Notes under the pieces: model-generated
Told to the model about the DNA's origin: nothing
What the model saw: the letters and a program-made list of their open reading frames with translations, nothing else
Databases searched by the model: none
Shown: positions 1 through 13,049 of the stretch, in pieces
Layout of the letters: each line of letters begins with the position of its first letter
Position numbering within the stretch: the stretch's first letter is position 1
Program-made: the position numbers and the translations under genes
From: Octopus vulgaris
Lineage: Eukaryota
Assembly: GCA_951406725.2 (NCBI GenBank)
Contig: OX597814.1
Location: 9,858,001-9,922,000 of the forward strand
Length of the DNA stretch: 64,000 nt
Direction of reading: 5' to 3'

Positions 1-259
1 AGATCTAATATTGTATGCATTTTTTCTTCTGTCGGGTTATTTAAGAGGAAACGCTTTAACTATGTAATACGGTGGTGTTTGGCGTGTATTGTCTCAGCTT
101 TCGAAATCTCTTTCTATAACGCCATCTTTCTTAAATATAATACGTTACAGCAGCCATCTTGTATTTGTCTGTTTTTTATATTGATATTGTAAAAGAAGCG
201 GAGAAAAACGAAACTCAAATTGATAAGAATAGTGAGAATCTTGATACGGCAAGGCACCC

Positions 260-560
260 TCCCCCTCTCTCTCTCTCTCCCTCTCTCTCTCCACACACAC
301 ATACACATATATGCATACGAACGCACTCAGCTACGCATATGTATGTATGTATGTATTTGAGTGCATGCATATACGTATGTATATATGAATGTAAACGTAT
401 GTATGTACATATCTATGTAGTTATATATGTATGAACGGATGGATAAATGAATAAATGGATAGATCTACGTATGTATATATACATATGTATATTCATGTAT
501 ATATATGTGTGTGTGTCTATGTGCGTGAGTGTGTGTGTGTATGTACGTACTATACATATA

Positions 561-613
<53 letters not shown>

Positions 614-735
614 GCATATGTATATTTTATTTATGTATAGATATAAGAATATATGTAATAATATATATATAATAATATATATATATATATATATAGTTAT
701 AATTATATATATATAATTAGATATATTTACATACA

Positions 736-777
<42 letters not shown>

Positions 778-1274
778 TATGTTTAAAAGTACACATGCAC
801 ACAGATACACACACATATGCAGATATGACATATATTTGTTTGTGTGCATGTGTGTGTGTGTATTTGTTCACAATTACGCATGTGTATTCCTGTGAATTCA
901 CACATATATATTACTTACAAGACATATACACAAACATAAATGTGTATTTTCACCCTACATGCCAACACACAAGCAAGCTGAGGCTAATATACAAAGAAGT
1001 GTATAGTAATGCTTTCATAAATACTTCCCAAAACATATTACACGCACTCACACATATATCTGCATACATACACGTCTACACACACACACACATGTATGTG
1101 TGTATGTGTGTGTGGATGTTTGCATATTTGTATGCATATTTGTACGTGTGTGTGTGTGAGTGTGTGTGTATGAGCGTGTGTGTGTAAACTCTAACCTCGT
1201 TTATATACATTTTCGCGACTTCACACCTAAAGTACACACATTTATCTACATAAGTATTGATCTTATTTGACAAA

Positions 1275-1342
<68 letters not shown>

Positions 1343-1352
1343 TGTATGTATG

Positions 1353-1431
<79 letters not shown>

Positions 1432-2101
1432 ATGTATATGTAGCACTTTATCGAAATATATATTAAAAATAAGTCCTATAGACAGCGTTGCGAATTAGAC
1501 AGAATTAAGTTTTTTTTTTCACTTCTTTTCCATCTTATATATTAAGAGAGAGGAAGAAAAAAATTGGATGAAAAAAATTCAGTCAGATGAAAAAATTCTG
1601 ACTATACAAAACAAATGAAGAGAGAAAGTAGTGAAAAATATTCAAAACCCATCCCATCCCTCAGGAAAAAAAGAAAAACGAATTTGAATAAAAAGAAAGA
1701 AAAGACAACGTAAATATCTAATGATAAACGAACGAAGCAGGAAACAAAAAGCAAAGACTGTAACATCGACAACAGATCGTTGAAAACAACACTAGTTATA
1801 ATATGAGTTTTTTTTTTTTTTTTTCCTAAGACACTCAGTAGATTAAAGTTGATGAGCTCTTTTCACATCTTCTGCATCTCTCTTTATTTTTGTCATTGTT
1901 TCTCTACTTGTGTATTTTAAAATATGGCTGCTGTTTTTGTTTTGGGGTTGTTCTTTTCTTTTTGTTTCTCATTCCAGTTCGTATTTTGTGTTCAGTATTT
2001 TGGGAAAAAGCTGGCAAACAAATCTCATTGGCAAGTATTGTAATCTTCAACTGGGAAATTTATCTAAATATTTTTTGTTTCAATACTCAGTTCAATGGTT
2101 A

Positions 2102-2176
<75 letters not shown>

Positions 2177-2286
2177 CTGTTTGTCCTGCTTGCCTGCCTA
2201 TTTGTCTTTCTATTTCTCTCTGCCTGTGTGTGTGAGTCTGTGTGTGTGTATGTGTGTGCGTGCGCGCATGTGTGGGTATGTGTGTG

Positions 2287-2353
<67 letters not shown>

Positions 2354-2456
2354 GTCTGTCTGTCTGTCTGTCTACTCCTCTCTCTCTCTCTGTCTCTCTG
2401 CCTACATGTCTATCTATTTGTATCTATCTATTTATCTATCTATCTACATATCTGTG

Positions 2457-2519
<63 letters not shown>

Positions 2520-2938
2520 ATCTATCTGTTTTTTTCATATGTATCTGAAACAGCTAAGTTATTTTCCCGTCTATGAATCCTTCTGTAATTATCAATGTAT
2601 CAATTTCATTTCGCTTTGTAAGCCTCCCTGTTTTTCTCTGCTTCTTTTTCTCGTCTTTTAGTCATACCTCAATAACTATATAAATTTTTGCAACTATTTT
2701 CAGTTTGTTTGAGCTCATAAAAGAAATGTCTATATATGTGTTAAATAGAAGTGTCACTATTATCTATCGCATATTTTTAGGAATGAAACTAGAAGAAATG
2801 TATGCATGCATATGCGTAGTCTATGCTCGAATACATGTATGCACATACATATGTGTGTGTGTGCATGTACGCGCACGGACGCGTGCATGCATTTTTCTAT
2901 GTTTATATATATGTAGTCATATGCATGTAGGCATATTT

Positions 2939-3005
<67 letters not shown>

Positions 3006-3104
3006 TAATTGCGCTTTCATGTACGTATATTGAAGTTACAAACTCGCATATGTATGCATGCATTTTAGAATGTGTGTGTGCGTGCATATGTGCATGTGTG
3101 CATC

Positions 3105-3143
<39 letters not shown>

Positions 3144-3255
3144 GTATAGAATTATCACCGAGGGCGTTGACAGAGGAAAGCATAAAACAAATATGTCATA
3201 TATATGTTCACTTCCACACATGTGAAATATTTATACGTTCATATGATTACATAGA

Positions 3256-3310
<55 letters not shown>

Positions 3311-4175
3311 TTGTGTGTGTGTGTATGTGTGTGTGTGTGTATGTGTGTGTATCTATATGTATATATATATATATATATATGCGTGTCTACTTACACAAAT
3401 GCATGCAAATATGTATAGAGAAACATACATATTCTACCATATATATGTGTGTGTGTATGCTTCTGTGTGTGTATAGATATACTTAAAAATATGTAAAATA
3501 TTTATCATATTATGTGCATACAAGTTATAAATAGTGAATTAGTTACACAGACCAAGAAACAAACCAAATTCTCTATATTATCAATATATTTGTCGATAAA
3601 ATTACAGGATGAGAAAGACAAAAAGAAAACAAGCAATCACAAAAAAACAAAAAGTTTAAAAATCGAAAAATTTCCGTGTTATGTGTACTATACAAAAAAT
3701 ATTATCGGATCAATTGGAATTGAAGTGTAAAAGAAAATAATATTTAACATCTTAAATAGCAAAAAGAATTATTCTTAAGAGTGTTGAAGAAAGACAAAAA
3801 TAAGATTCATTGCAGAGGAAAAGAATTAAAACTGAATGTTTGTGTGAATGTGTGTTCCTCTGTGTGTGAGTGTGTGTAAGTGTGTGTAAGTGTGTGTGTA
3901 CATGCAAGTATGTAGATAGATACACCTATGAAGAGATATGGAGTAGAAAGAATATGTTATGGAGAAAATATTCGGTAAAATATTTTCTTGAAATTTAGTC
4001 TTAAATACTCTTGCAAAATGTAATCTTGAGCTATATAAAAAAAACACATAGAGCACAGTATGTCTCTACATTGACGACACACGCATGCGTACTCATGCAC
4101 ATAGACTCACACAATATATCTGTGTGGATATGTTCCGATCTATGCTTATATATGTATATGCGTGTTGGCATATAA

Positions 4176-4267
<92 letters not shown>

Positions 4268-4330
4268 TTGTCTGTCTGTATGTATGTACGTACATATACA
4301 TATATGTGTGTGTGCGCGCGCATAAGTTCA
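260..4330. repeat. Compound microsatellite block: (TA)n, (CA/TG)n, (TATC)n, (TATG)n, (CT)n
   Basis: Directly visible; produces the YIYI, LSIY and CVCV pseudo-ORFs. Similar blocks recur across the window. Confidence 0.95.
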
Positions 4331-4556
4331 TACGTGGTACATAGAGGTGTATACATTATTAAAAAAACAATGAAGCCCACACAATAATACACACAAGACA
4401 CATACTTAAACGCCCTTGCTCTAAATGCGCACATATTGGTTTCATTTATTAACTTTTGCACAGAGAAATATTCGCACGCACGAACACGAACACACTCACA
4501 CAGATACAGATACGTGTGCATACACAGAAATATACGCACATGATAATTTAGAAACA

Positions 4557-4809
4557 CATTATTTACATTATTTACATTATTTACATTCGACGGATATTTA
4601 TCCTCATCTTGTTTGTTGTTAACATAAAGTTTAGGCTGATATACCCTCCTGTCTTCGTCAGGTGTCTTGGGGAAATTTCGAACCTTGAGAAGGCTGGAGG
4701 GTATATCAGCCGAAACGTTGTGTTAACAACAAAGATGAGGACAAATATCCGTCGAATGTAAATAATGTAAATAATGTACATAATTCCTTATCTCTTAAAT
4801 ATAGAGCTG
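4557..4809. mobile_element. Family P1 (Penelope-pLTR-like, hammerhead-bearing), two 5'-truncated copies head-to-head
   Basis: Arm 4557-4686 (-) and arm 4687-4809 (+) are reverse complements. Flanks aatttagaaaca (4545-4556) and aatttagaagca (4810-4821) form a TSD with one mismatch. Same tail as 63114-63471. Confidence 0.75.
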
Positions 4810-6079
4810 AATTTAGAAGCAAAACCACCAACGGTTAGAGACGAGATATATATACAGGCATTTGAAAGCGTTGCGCACAAACGTAGACACATACATATAC
4901 ATACTAGGTCAATTCCTGGCTTGACAGAAGTCCATTAAGTATGATAATAAATTTATGAAACATTTAACGCGTAATAGAAATACAACGTGCTATAATATTC
5001 CGTCACACATCCCAGGAATGAGACAAACATCCCCACTTCTAGCAGATAGAGTAGAATATTCAATAGATATACTGTGAAATTCTTTTACACCGAATTTTGT
5101 GGAAGTTACAGAGGCTCTTAACCTTAGAAAATTGAACATCTGTAGAATAAATGAACTTCTATAAAATAATCTCGGGTCACCTTTAATGAATCACATTTCC
5201 CCAGCCAGGTTAACAGGGGCAATAATATCCAGATATCTCGTATATGTTATAATATTAACACTAATACATTAAATAGGAGTTTTTATAACGATAGTCCTTA
5301 TGGAAAGTGTAATTGTAAGAACCGTAGCAAATGGCCCCTTTATAACCGATCTATAAGGAAGAATATAATATATAACTATTCGGTCGAAACATCTGAGAGA
5401 ATCTGTTACTGTATAGGCGCTTTCGGCTACAAAATTCAAGTCCAGAAACATAATCATATTCAATCTTTTAAATACAAAAGTAAATAAATTTGTATTTTGT
5501 TGCCCAAGTTCACCAGGGGACTTACACAAAAAAATATTGACTACATTATTTTATGGTCAAGCATATGTAAGGCTCTTCCACATAGTAGAGGTGGTTGGAG
5601 ATACAATTTGTGCATAGGGGCGGTGTTTGAACTACTCATTTGTAATTCTAACCTAATTAACAAACATGACGAATTATGATTCACCAATCTCGCTTATTAG
5701 TAAAACATTCATAAAATTGTTGTTTGGGGACGGTCATTTTGCCAACAAGCACACCTACACAAAAATCTTTTGATTAATTTATATGGGTATAAATAAATTA
5801 AAACACTATATAAACTACGCTATTAATAATCCTACCCCTTCCTTCTTAATCTACGCTCTTTGCAATAGAAGTATTCATTTCCCAACTAGTTTTCAAATTT
5901 TCATCTAATTCCTAAGTGCTTGCATCAAACGTAATTCTGTTTAATATATTATTTAATTGAATAATAAATTGATTGATTACGCATACAAACCATTTTATGA
6001 TGCGGGTACATTCCTTCACTTTATTTGAAACATATCTGAGCGAATAAAGTTATGTAAGAATATAATTCTTCATTTTTTT

Positions 6080-6184
6080 GTCTGATTACTCTCTGTCTCT
6101 CGCTGTTGAGCGTCCAATAATACTATATTTGTTCCACGTCCTCGCGTTGTTGTGTTTTTTTGTGCTTTCATGTTTGGATTAACT

Positions 6185-6186
<2 letters not shown>
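6080..6186 (+). mobile_element. Probable 3' tail of a (TA)n-adjacent Penelope-like short element
   Basis: T-rich tail with tgagcg..taatac motif resembling the P3 tail; abuts (TA)n directly. No ribozyme core visible. Confidence 0.3.
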
Positions 6187-6237
<51 letters not shown>

Positions 6238-6241
6238 CATA

Positions 6242-7093
6242 CAAGTTCTGATCAATAAGTAGTCGGACTGTTGCCATAGTAACGAAGCTAAAGCATGCAA
6301 AGTGAAGCTGCTTGGCACAAATTGACGTTCTGTCTCACTTCTGCTGTTTATAGCAGTGTTTGGAAGGAAGGTGTTTAGAGTGTGATCGTCGCATTGACCA
6401 TGATAAAGAAAGTTGTCATGGTGATACCTGCTCAGAGGTCTACGCAAAGTTGCAGAAGGTGTATGGAGAGGAGTGTACGAGCCGCACACAAGTGTACGAG
6501 TGGTTCAGACGTTACCAAGATGGCCGAAAAAATGTCGATATTGACGAACGTTCTGGGACACCTGCAACCAGCAGAATTGAGAAAAACATTGCATATATGC
6601 ATACAGCTGTGAGAGGAAATCGTCGAATCACCATCCGTGAGTTATCAGAGGATGTACAGATTAGTTCAGCTCAGTCCAGTCCATTATCACTGAAGTTTTG
6701 GGTATGAGATGCGTGTTTGTGCCAAAACTGCATTCAGCTGACCAAAAAGACACTCGGGTTTCATTCAGTTGCACAAGATATCCTTGATTGTGTCAAGAAC
6801 GATGAAAAAATTTTGAAAACTTTGCGTAAGCCTCTGAGTAGGTATCGTCAAGCCTTTGGCAAAATTCGATGCAGATTCACTGGTCAACATTTTCTGTTAT
6901 AGTCAATGCGACGATTACACGCTACACACCTTCCTTTCAATCACTGCTGTAAACGGCGGAAGTGAGCTAGAATGTTAAAACTCAGAGTGCATGCACAGCA
7001 GTGTTTAAGGTTAATCTGTGCCAAGCAGCTTCACTGTAAGTGTTTTAGCTTCCTTACTATAGCAACAGTCCGGATACTTATTGATCACACCAC

Positions 7094-7094
<1 letters not shown>
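6242..7094 (+). mobile_element. Non-autonomous mariner derivative with very long inverted ends
   Basis: TA flanks inside (TA)n. Ends tgatcaataagtagtcggactgttgc / gcaacagtccggatacttattgatca. ORF 6360-6707 has a mariner N-terminal HTH-like sequence (GDTCSEVYAKLQKVYGEECTSRTQVYEWFRRYQDGR..DERSGTP..RRITIRELSE). Confidence 0.9.
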
Positions 7095-7147
<53 letters not shown>

Positions 7148-7148
<1 letters not shown>

Positions 7149-7668
7149 GACGTCACTAAAATGACAGAAGGTACGAGGTAGTGCCAGCATTGCTAGAATT
7201 AAGGGTGAATACAACTCCATCGCCACAGAAATACTATCTTAATCACTGACAAGGGATGACAAGTACCCCAGCGGATATAGCCAGATCAGTAGATATTTTG
7301 AACTTTGATGCAGAGCATCTTAATTCACATCGGTGGCTCTTGCCGCGCCTAGGGTTAAACTTAACTCACCTTGTCAGCTTATAAAGAAACCGTTGAACGC
7401 TGATTTCAAAAACACTAAACGTGAAAACTACGAATAATATGGGTGGCTTATTAGCGATTTAATAACCTAAAGGCAAATGTAGAGACGTCACTAAAGTGAC
7501 AGAGGTTACTAAGTAGTACTAGCATTGCTAGAAATAAGAGTCAAAACGACTCCATCGCCACAGAAGCACTATCTTAATGACTGATAAGGAGAGACAAGCA
7601 TGCCAGCGGACATAGCCAGATGACCGGGGAGAATTAAGATTCTCTGCATCAAAATTCGAAATCACCTG
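7148..7668. repeat. Diverged ~140-bp direct duplication (period ~335 bp) plus an adjacent ~48-bp segment in opposite orientations
   Basis: agacgtcactaaa..ccagat at 7148-7286 and 7483-7621; 7287-7334 is the reverse complement of 7623-7668. Confidence 0.8.
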
Positions 7669-8330
7669 GGCTTTCCATTCGTCTTTACTCTGTTTCAATT
7701 TTCTGTTTTTCACAGTTTTGAAAAGTATACAAATCATATATCATGTGTCTCCAACCATAGCTTCAAGTCAAGTAAAACTTTGTCAGAGTGTCTGAGTGTG
7801 CTGTATCTTCCAGATACATACATACATGTCTATAGGAATACATACATACATACATACATACCCTGTTGTTTATGATGAAATTTCAATGAAAGAGTTTTGA
7901 ATCTAGGTTAGAAACCAGCTCTATTGGTAAGAAATCTTGAAATAAAACTGAACAATGACATACATACATACATGCAAGCATACATACATACATACATACA
8001 TACATACATACATACATACATACATAGAAACCTTCTGAGTGAAATTAGGTGGATGGAAGTTTCATACAAGCCCGTCGACATGTGTGATTGAAGACCCTGT
8101 ACTGGATCTTGCATTAAACGAATCTGGTGGTAAAATGAAAGTGACACTTTGTCCCCCAATCGTATTTTAGAAGCTGATGGTGAAATGAAGCGTGTGACTT
8201 TCTTACCGTTACAAATGTACAATAGTAATTATTCCAGGTGCACATTTTAAAATGCGTGTGATTGGTGAAACAGACAGAGAGCATGTGTGTGAAGATGCGT
8301 TATACAGGTAGAGAGAATGAGTTTAATAAA

Positions 8331-8723
8331 TCTCTATATATGTAAAGCTGAAGTTGTCTGTGTATGGCAGGTTTGGTAGCCTTCAACTAACACTATCTCC
8401 TCCAAGACCCTGCGGCGCAAGTTGACCAAAATTGAGAGTATGATAGAAGAAGGCTTGTTCTTCATTCCGTCGGGGAGAAAAATTCGAATCAGACCATGTT
8501 AACACCAAAAAATATTTACATCAAAAAGGTGCTTTTTTTTCTATGAAAATCCCTATTTTTTACGATTTTTTAACTGCTGTGTCGCCATTTTTCGGTGTAT
8601 TTCACCAGAAAAATGTTCACTTAAAGAGAATAACAAGCTACATAATGCAAAAGTTTTACTTTTCAAAAATTCAAATTCTAAAGAGTCGAGGCAAACCCGA
8701 CCAACGCCGGGCGATTCTGCTAG
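8331..8723 (+). mobile_element. Non-autonomous Helitron, full length
   Basis: Starts TCTCTATATA and ends CTAG, inserted between A and T with no TSD. Subterminal hairpin cccgaccaacgccggg (8696-8711). Second copy at 51326-51623. Confidence 0.85.
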
Positions 8724-9017
8724 TAATATTTAAAGAGGGAGTTCACATTAACAACTTACCTTCAACCTACATACATCTTGTTACTCTTCCTTCTGCTATT
8801 AGCATAACAACAATGTGTCTATGTAGAATGTCACTTTGTAGATTATAGGTGTTTGTTGATTCTGTTAAGTTCTAAGAATACTCATAGGAAAACATCCGTG
8901 TCTGTTGAAGAATCGCATTATTTATGTCATCATCTTCTCAATTGTTCTGTGAATCGGTGCTTTGGGCGTATACTTTACTCTCCCAAGCATGTCATTTACT
9001 CTGTATTTTATTATAAC

Positions 9018-9484
9018 TTACTTTTGTACTTGTACTTGTGACGGCGTTAACCCAGGGCGGGTTGAACTGGCTTCTTCTCTGGTCCTGACGGCATCACGAA
9101 CCATCGCTCGACGGTCCTGTGTGAGGTCACTGGAGATAGCGAGCCATTCGCGGTTCCATCTGCGCAGACCGACCACCTGCGTATCTCAGAGTTCGGAGAG
9201 GTCCTCCTTTATCGCCGTTGCCCAGATCTTCAGCTGCCCGCCCTTGCGTTTGCGCCAGTTGGGAAGTGGAGGTGGGAGGACATCGCCAATCAGCTCACCC
9301 TCTGGACGCCGGGCCGCATGACCGAACCAGCTTAAGCGCCGTTGTAGAAGCACCGAAGTGGGGGGCCGGAGATTCAGGCGATGACGAAGACCGGCTGTAG
9401 GAACCCGATCAATGCTTCGGCACCGAAGAATTCAGCCGAGACCGTCATTGTCGAACACCTCCAGCCTTCGCTGGAGGAGCGAAG
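9018..9484 (-). mobile_element. 5'-truncated RTE-clade LINE 3' end
   Basis: Minus-strand translation RRLEVFDND..LLQRRLSWFGHAARRPEGELI..WRKRKGGQLKIW..IKEDL..DRR, typical of the RTE C-terminus. (CAAGTA)n tail. 15-bp TSD gtattttattataac at 9003-9017 and 9485-9499. Confidence 0.9.
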
Positions 9485-9839
9485 GTATTTTATTATAACC
9501 ATTTTATGTAAAGAAATCTATTGCTTAGGGATTAATATAATCGAAAAACGGCGGAAAAATAGTTCATCTTTAATCCATGGGTAGGATTTCGATGAAATAA
9601 GGTGACTATTGGCACGGTAAAAGAAAACTAGACAAAGAATATAAGCAAGAGAATCCTAGACAACAACAAGAGGAAATTTGAATTTTACAGTGATGCTACT
9701 GACATGACAGTTGTAATTTAAACAGGCGAAAAAAATCTTACTCATAAAGAAACTATTCAACTTCAAACTGCGAAAAGAAAATGAAGATGATTACAAGAAA
9801 TCAATGATCAACGTGAAGTAAAAAAAAGTTCCGGAAAAT

Positions 9840-10347
9840 AGGAGTGGCTGTGTGGTAAGTAGCTTGCTAACCAACCACATGGTTCCGGGTTCAGTCCCAC
9901 TGCGTGGCATCTTGGGCAAGTGTCTTCTGCTATAGCTGATTGGCGATGTCCTCCCACCTCCACTTCCCAACTGGCGCAAACGCAAGGGCGGGCAGCTGAA
10001 GATCTGGGCAACGGCGATAAAGGAGGACCTCTCCGAACTCTGAGATACGCAGGTGGATTTGGTAGACGGAAACTGAAAGAAGCCTGTCGTACATATGTAT
10101 ATATATATATAAGTGTGTGTGTATATGTTTGTGTGTCTGTGTTTGTCCCCCTAGCATTGCTTGACAACCGATGCTGGTGTGTTTACGTCCCCGTCACTTA
10201 GCAGTTCGGCAAAAGAGACCGATAGAATAAGTACTGGGCTTACAAAGAATAAGTCCCGGGGTCGATTTGCTCGACTAAAGGCGGTGCTCCAGCATGGCCG
10301 CAGTCAAATGACTGAAACAAGTAAAAGAGTAAAAGAGAAAAGAGAGT
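9840..10347 (+). mobile_element. tRNA-derived SINE family A carrying an RTE-derived insert at 9934-10056
   Basis: Head ggagtggctgtgtggtaag..gggttcagtccc (A/B-box-like), internal (TA)/(TG) tract, (gtaaaaga)n tail. May match one of the described octopus OK/OR SINEs; not verified. Confidence 0.9.
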
Positions 10348-10586
10348 AAGAAATACAAAAATCGGAATGAAAGCTGGAGATAAAAAATGATTATGACTAA
10401 CTGAAAGCAAGCAAAATTCAAGACAAGATGAAACAAAGGCAAAACTCGAAAAAGAATGAAAACGAATAGATCAATGACTTCAAAATGAAAATACTGGGTA
10501 CAAATAAGAAATAAAATTGATTACTGGAGAAAGGAAGATTAATTGCTGGGGTTCTTATTACTGAAGGCAGAAGACAATGAGAGGTA

Positions 10587-10974
10587 TGGATGGAAGCACT
10601 CCGTCGGTTACGACGACGAGGGTTCCGGTTGATCCGATCAACGGAACAGCCTGCTCGTGAAATTAACGTGTAAGTGGCTGAGCACTCCACAGACACGTGT
10701 ACCCTTAACGTAGTTCTCGGGGATATTCAGCGTGACACAGAGAGTGACAAGGCCGGCCCTTTGAAATACAGGTACAACAGAAACAGGAAGTAAGCGTGAG
10801 AGAAAGTTGTGGTGAAAGAGTACAGCAGGGATCACCACCATCCCCTGCCGGAGCCTCGTGGAGCTTTAGGTGTTTTCGCTCAATAAACACTCACAACGCC
10901 CGGTCTGGGAATCGAAACCGCGATCCTACGACCGCGAGTCCGCTGCCCTAACCACTGGGCCATTGCGCCTCCAC
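10587..10974 (-). mobile_element. tRNA-derived SINE family B, full length
   Basis: Head gtggaggcgcaatggcccagtggttagggc..ggtttcgattccc. 12-bp TSD caatgagaggta at 10575-10586 and 10975-10986. Confidence 0.92.
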
Positions 10975-11321
10975 CAATGAGAGGTAAGTCTCAAATAAAT
11001 AAACACAAGATTTCAAAATAATAGACAGTAACCTTACTTTTCTAGAAGAATATTTATTGTCATTTGAGGGGGATTATGAAAATTGTTTGCTGATCAATTT
11101 GCGTCGAACATTTTTTATCAAACCATTCCTCAGATCGTGAATTCAATAACTATGTCACAATGGTGAAACAACGTAGTTTAACCGATTAGTTTGCTCATCG
11201 GTTAAACTAACAAATTGAAACAAAATACACTTCAAAGAAAGCATTATATCCCTGATCAAAAATATGAGTCAAACTTTTTTGCCAATTTGGTACGATAAAA
11301 TGTAACTATATGGAAGTTTGA

Positions 11322-11548
11322 AAATATGATTTTCTACTCTTGGCACAAGGCCCGAAATTTTGGGGGAGGGAATCAGTCGATTAGATCAACCTAACCTCAG
11401 TACGCAAGTGGTACTTAATTTATCAACCTCGAAAGGATGAAAAGCAAAGTCGACCTCGGAGGAATTTGAACTCAGAATGTAAAGACAGACGAAATACCGT
11501 TTAGCATTTCGCCCGGTGTGCTAACGTTTCTGCCAGCTCACCGCCTTT
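11322..11548 (-). mobile_element. tRNA-derived SINE family C
   Basis: Head ggcggtgagctggcagaaacgttagc..gagttcaaattcc. The family core gcctttcatcctttcggggtcgataaa resembles the Meta/MESC central domain (from memory). TSD gaagtttga. Confidence 0.85.
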
Positions 11549-12763
11549 GAAGTTTGATTACATTATACCCCTAAATGGTTACAATAATTCCTCTGCATGC
11601 TTTTAATAGTATTTTAAAGGAGGAAAACGTGTTTCACAAAGTTGCATGTTTGGTTTTATGAAGAATACGAGTACAAAAATAGTACAAGAAATTTCATTTA
11701 ATGTTGAAATACAAGATTGTGTCGAGATAATTCTGAGTACGACTTAGCTAGACTAAGTCATGGATGTTCCTTTCGTCTAAGACATAATTTCAGTAAAGAA
11801 AGAAAATATACTCCGTACTGTTGCAGATACATATTCTAAAGTCTACGAGCCAGTGAAGAAGAAGAACCATATTTCTCTATCCATTATTGAAAAATAAGGT
11901 CTAAATTTCCAGAAAACTGGTTCTACGACAAAGAAGACAGGGTTAGAACCACTACAATTACAGAGGATAAAAGCATGAAACTTTTACTTGTAATGTAAGA
12001 AATAAATGCGTGCATCAACTGTCAAAAGACTTTAGATCTGTTAGACTTTAGAAACAAGATTATTTCCAGGATGGTCAAACAAAAAGGTCAAACGATGTTG
12101 TTTTCTCTTTTCCTTCTAAAAACATTTGCTATAAAGTCCGCTGTTAACACAGAGTTCACTTCTTTTGTCAAGTATAAGTATGATCCTAACTAATTTTAGA
12201 AAGTCCTTTTATGCCATGTGTGATACTTCAGAAAGTTGTTTTCTCGAAGCTGCAAAGTTGGCGAAAATTTCTGCCTTTTGAAATACACTTTCAAAAATAG
12301 TGTCGCACAGAAGAGATAGATCAATGGAAGGGAGTTGAATTTCAATTGCAGGTATTTGCATGGATAACCAATTATGAGCTTATATCTTAAACTATTAGAA
12401 AAACCAAAAGCAACGCAACATTCAAAAACAAAATGCTCTTACACATACTGCAAAAATCTTTCTGAAAATGATGTTCTGACCAGGTTAGCGACCAGGTTTG
12501 TGAAACGTAGGCAGAATGGAACCAGTCAGTCGCAGGGTTAAGCAACCCCATCGACGAAAACTGGTATAGATTTTTAGTTCAGTTAAGTAAAAGAAGTTGA
12601 AATGAAAAAATGTCTTGTCCACGGACACAAAACACAAACAGACCCAGGAACCGAACAGAGGACTTTCTGATTTTCTGATCATCAACCCACGCCCATTAGG
12701 TTACGCATCTTCATAGCTTGTATATGCATTATACTTAAACATATAAATATACATGCACGCACA

Positions 12764-12870
<107 letters not shown>

Positions 12871-12871
12871 A

Positions 12872-12921
<50 letters not shown>

Positions 12922-13004
12922 ATATATGAATACATACATATGCATATATAGATATGTAGATATATAGTATGTTGATATGTACAAACACACTAACGTAGAT
13001 ATAG

Positions 13005-13049
<45 letters not shown>

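Noticed and set aside
118-162. Two gccatctt (YY1-like) motifs at the window start
   Set aside because: Too little context at the edge to support a promoter call.
12478-12570. Possible RTE 5' UTR or HDV-like ribozyme (gggttaagcaacccc..aaaac)
   Set aside because: Could not build the nested double pseudoknot by eye, and no downstream ORF supports it.
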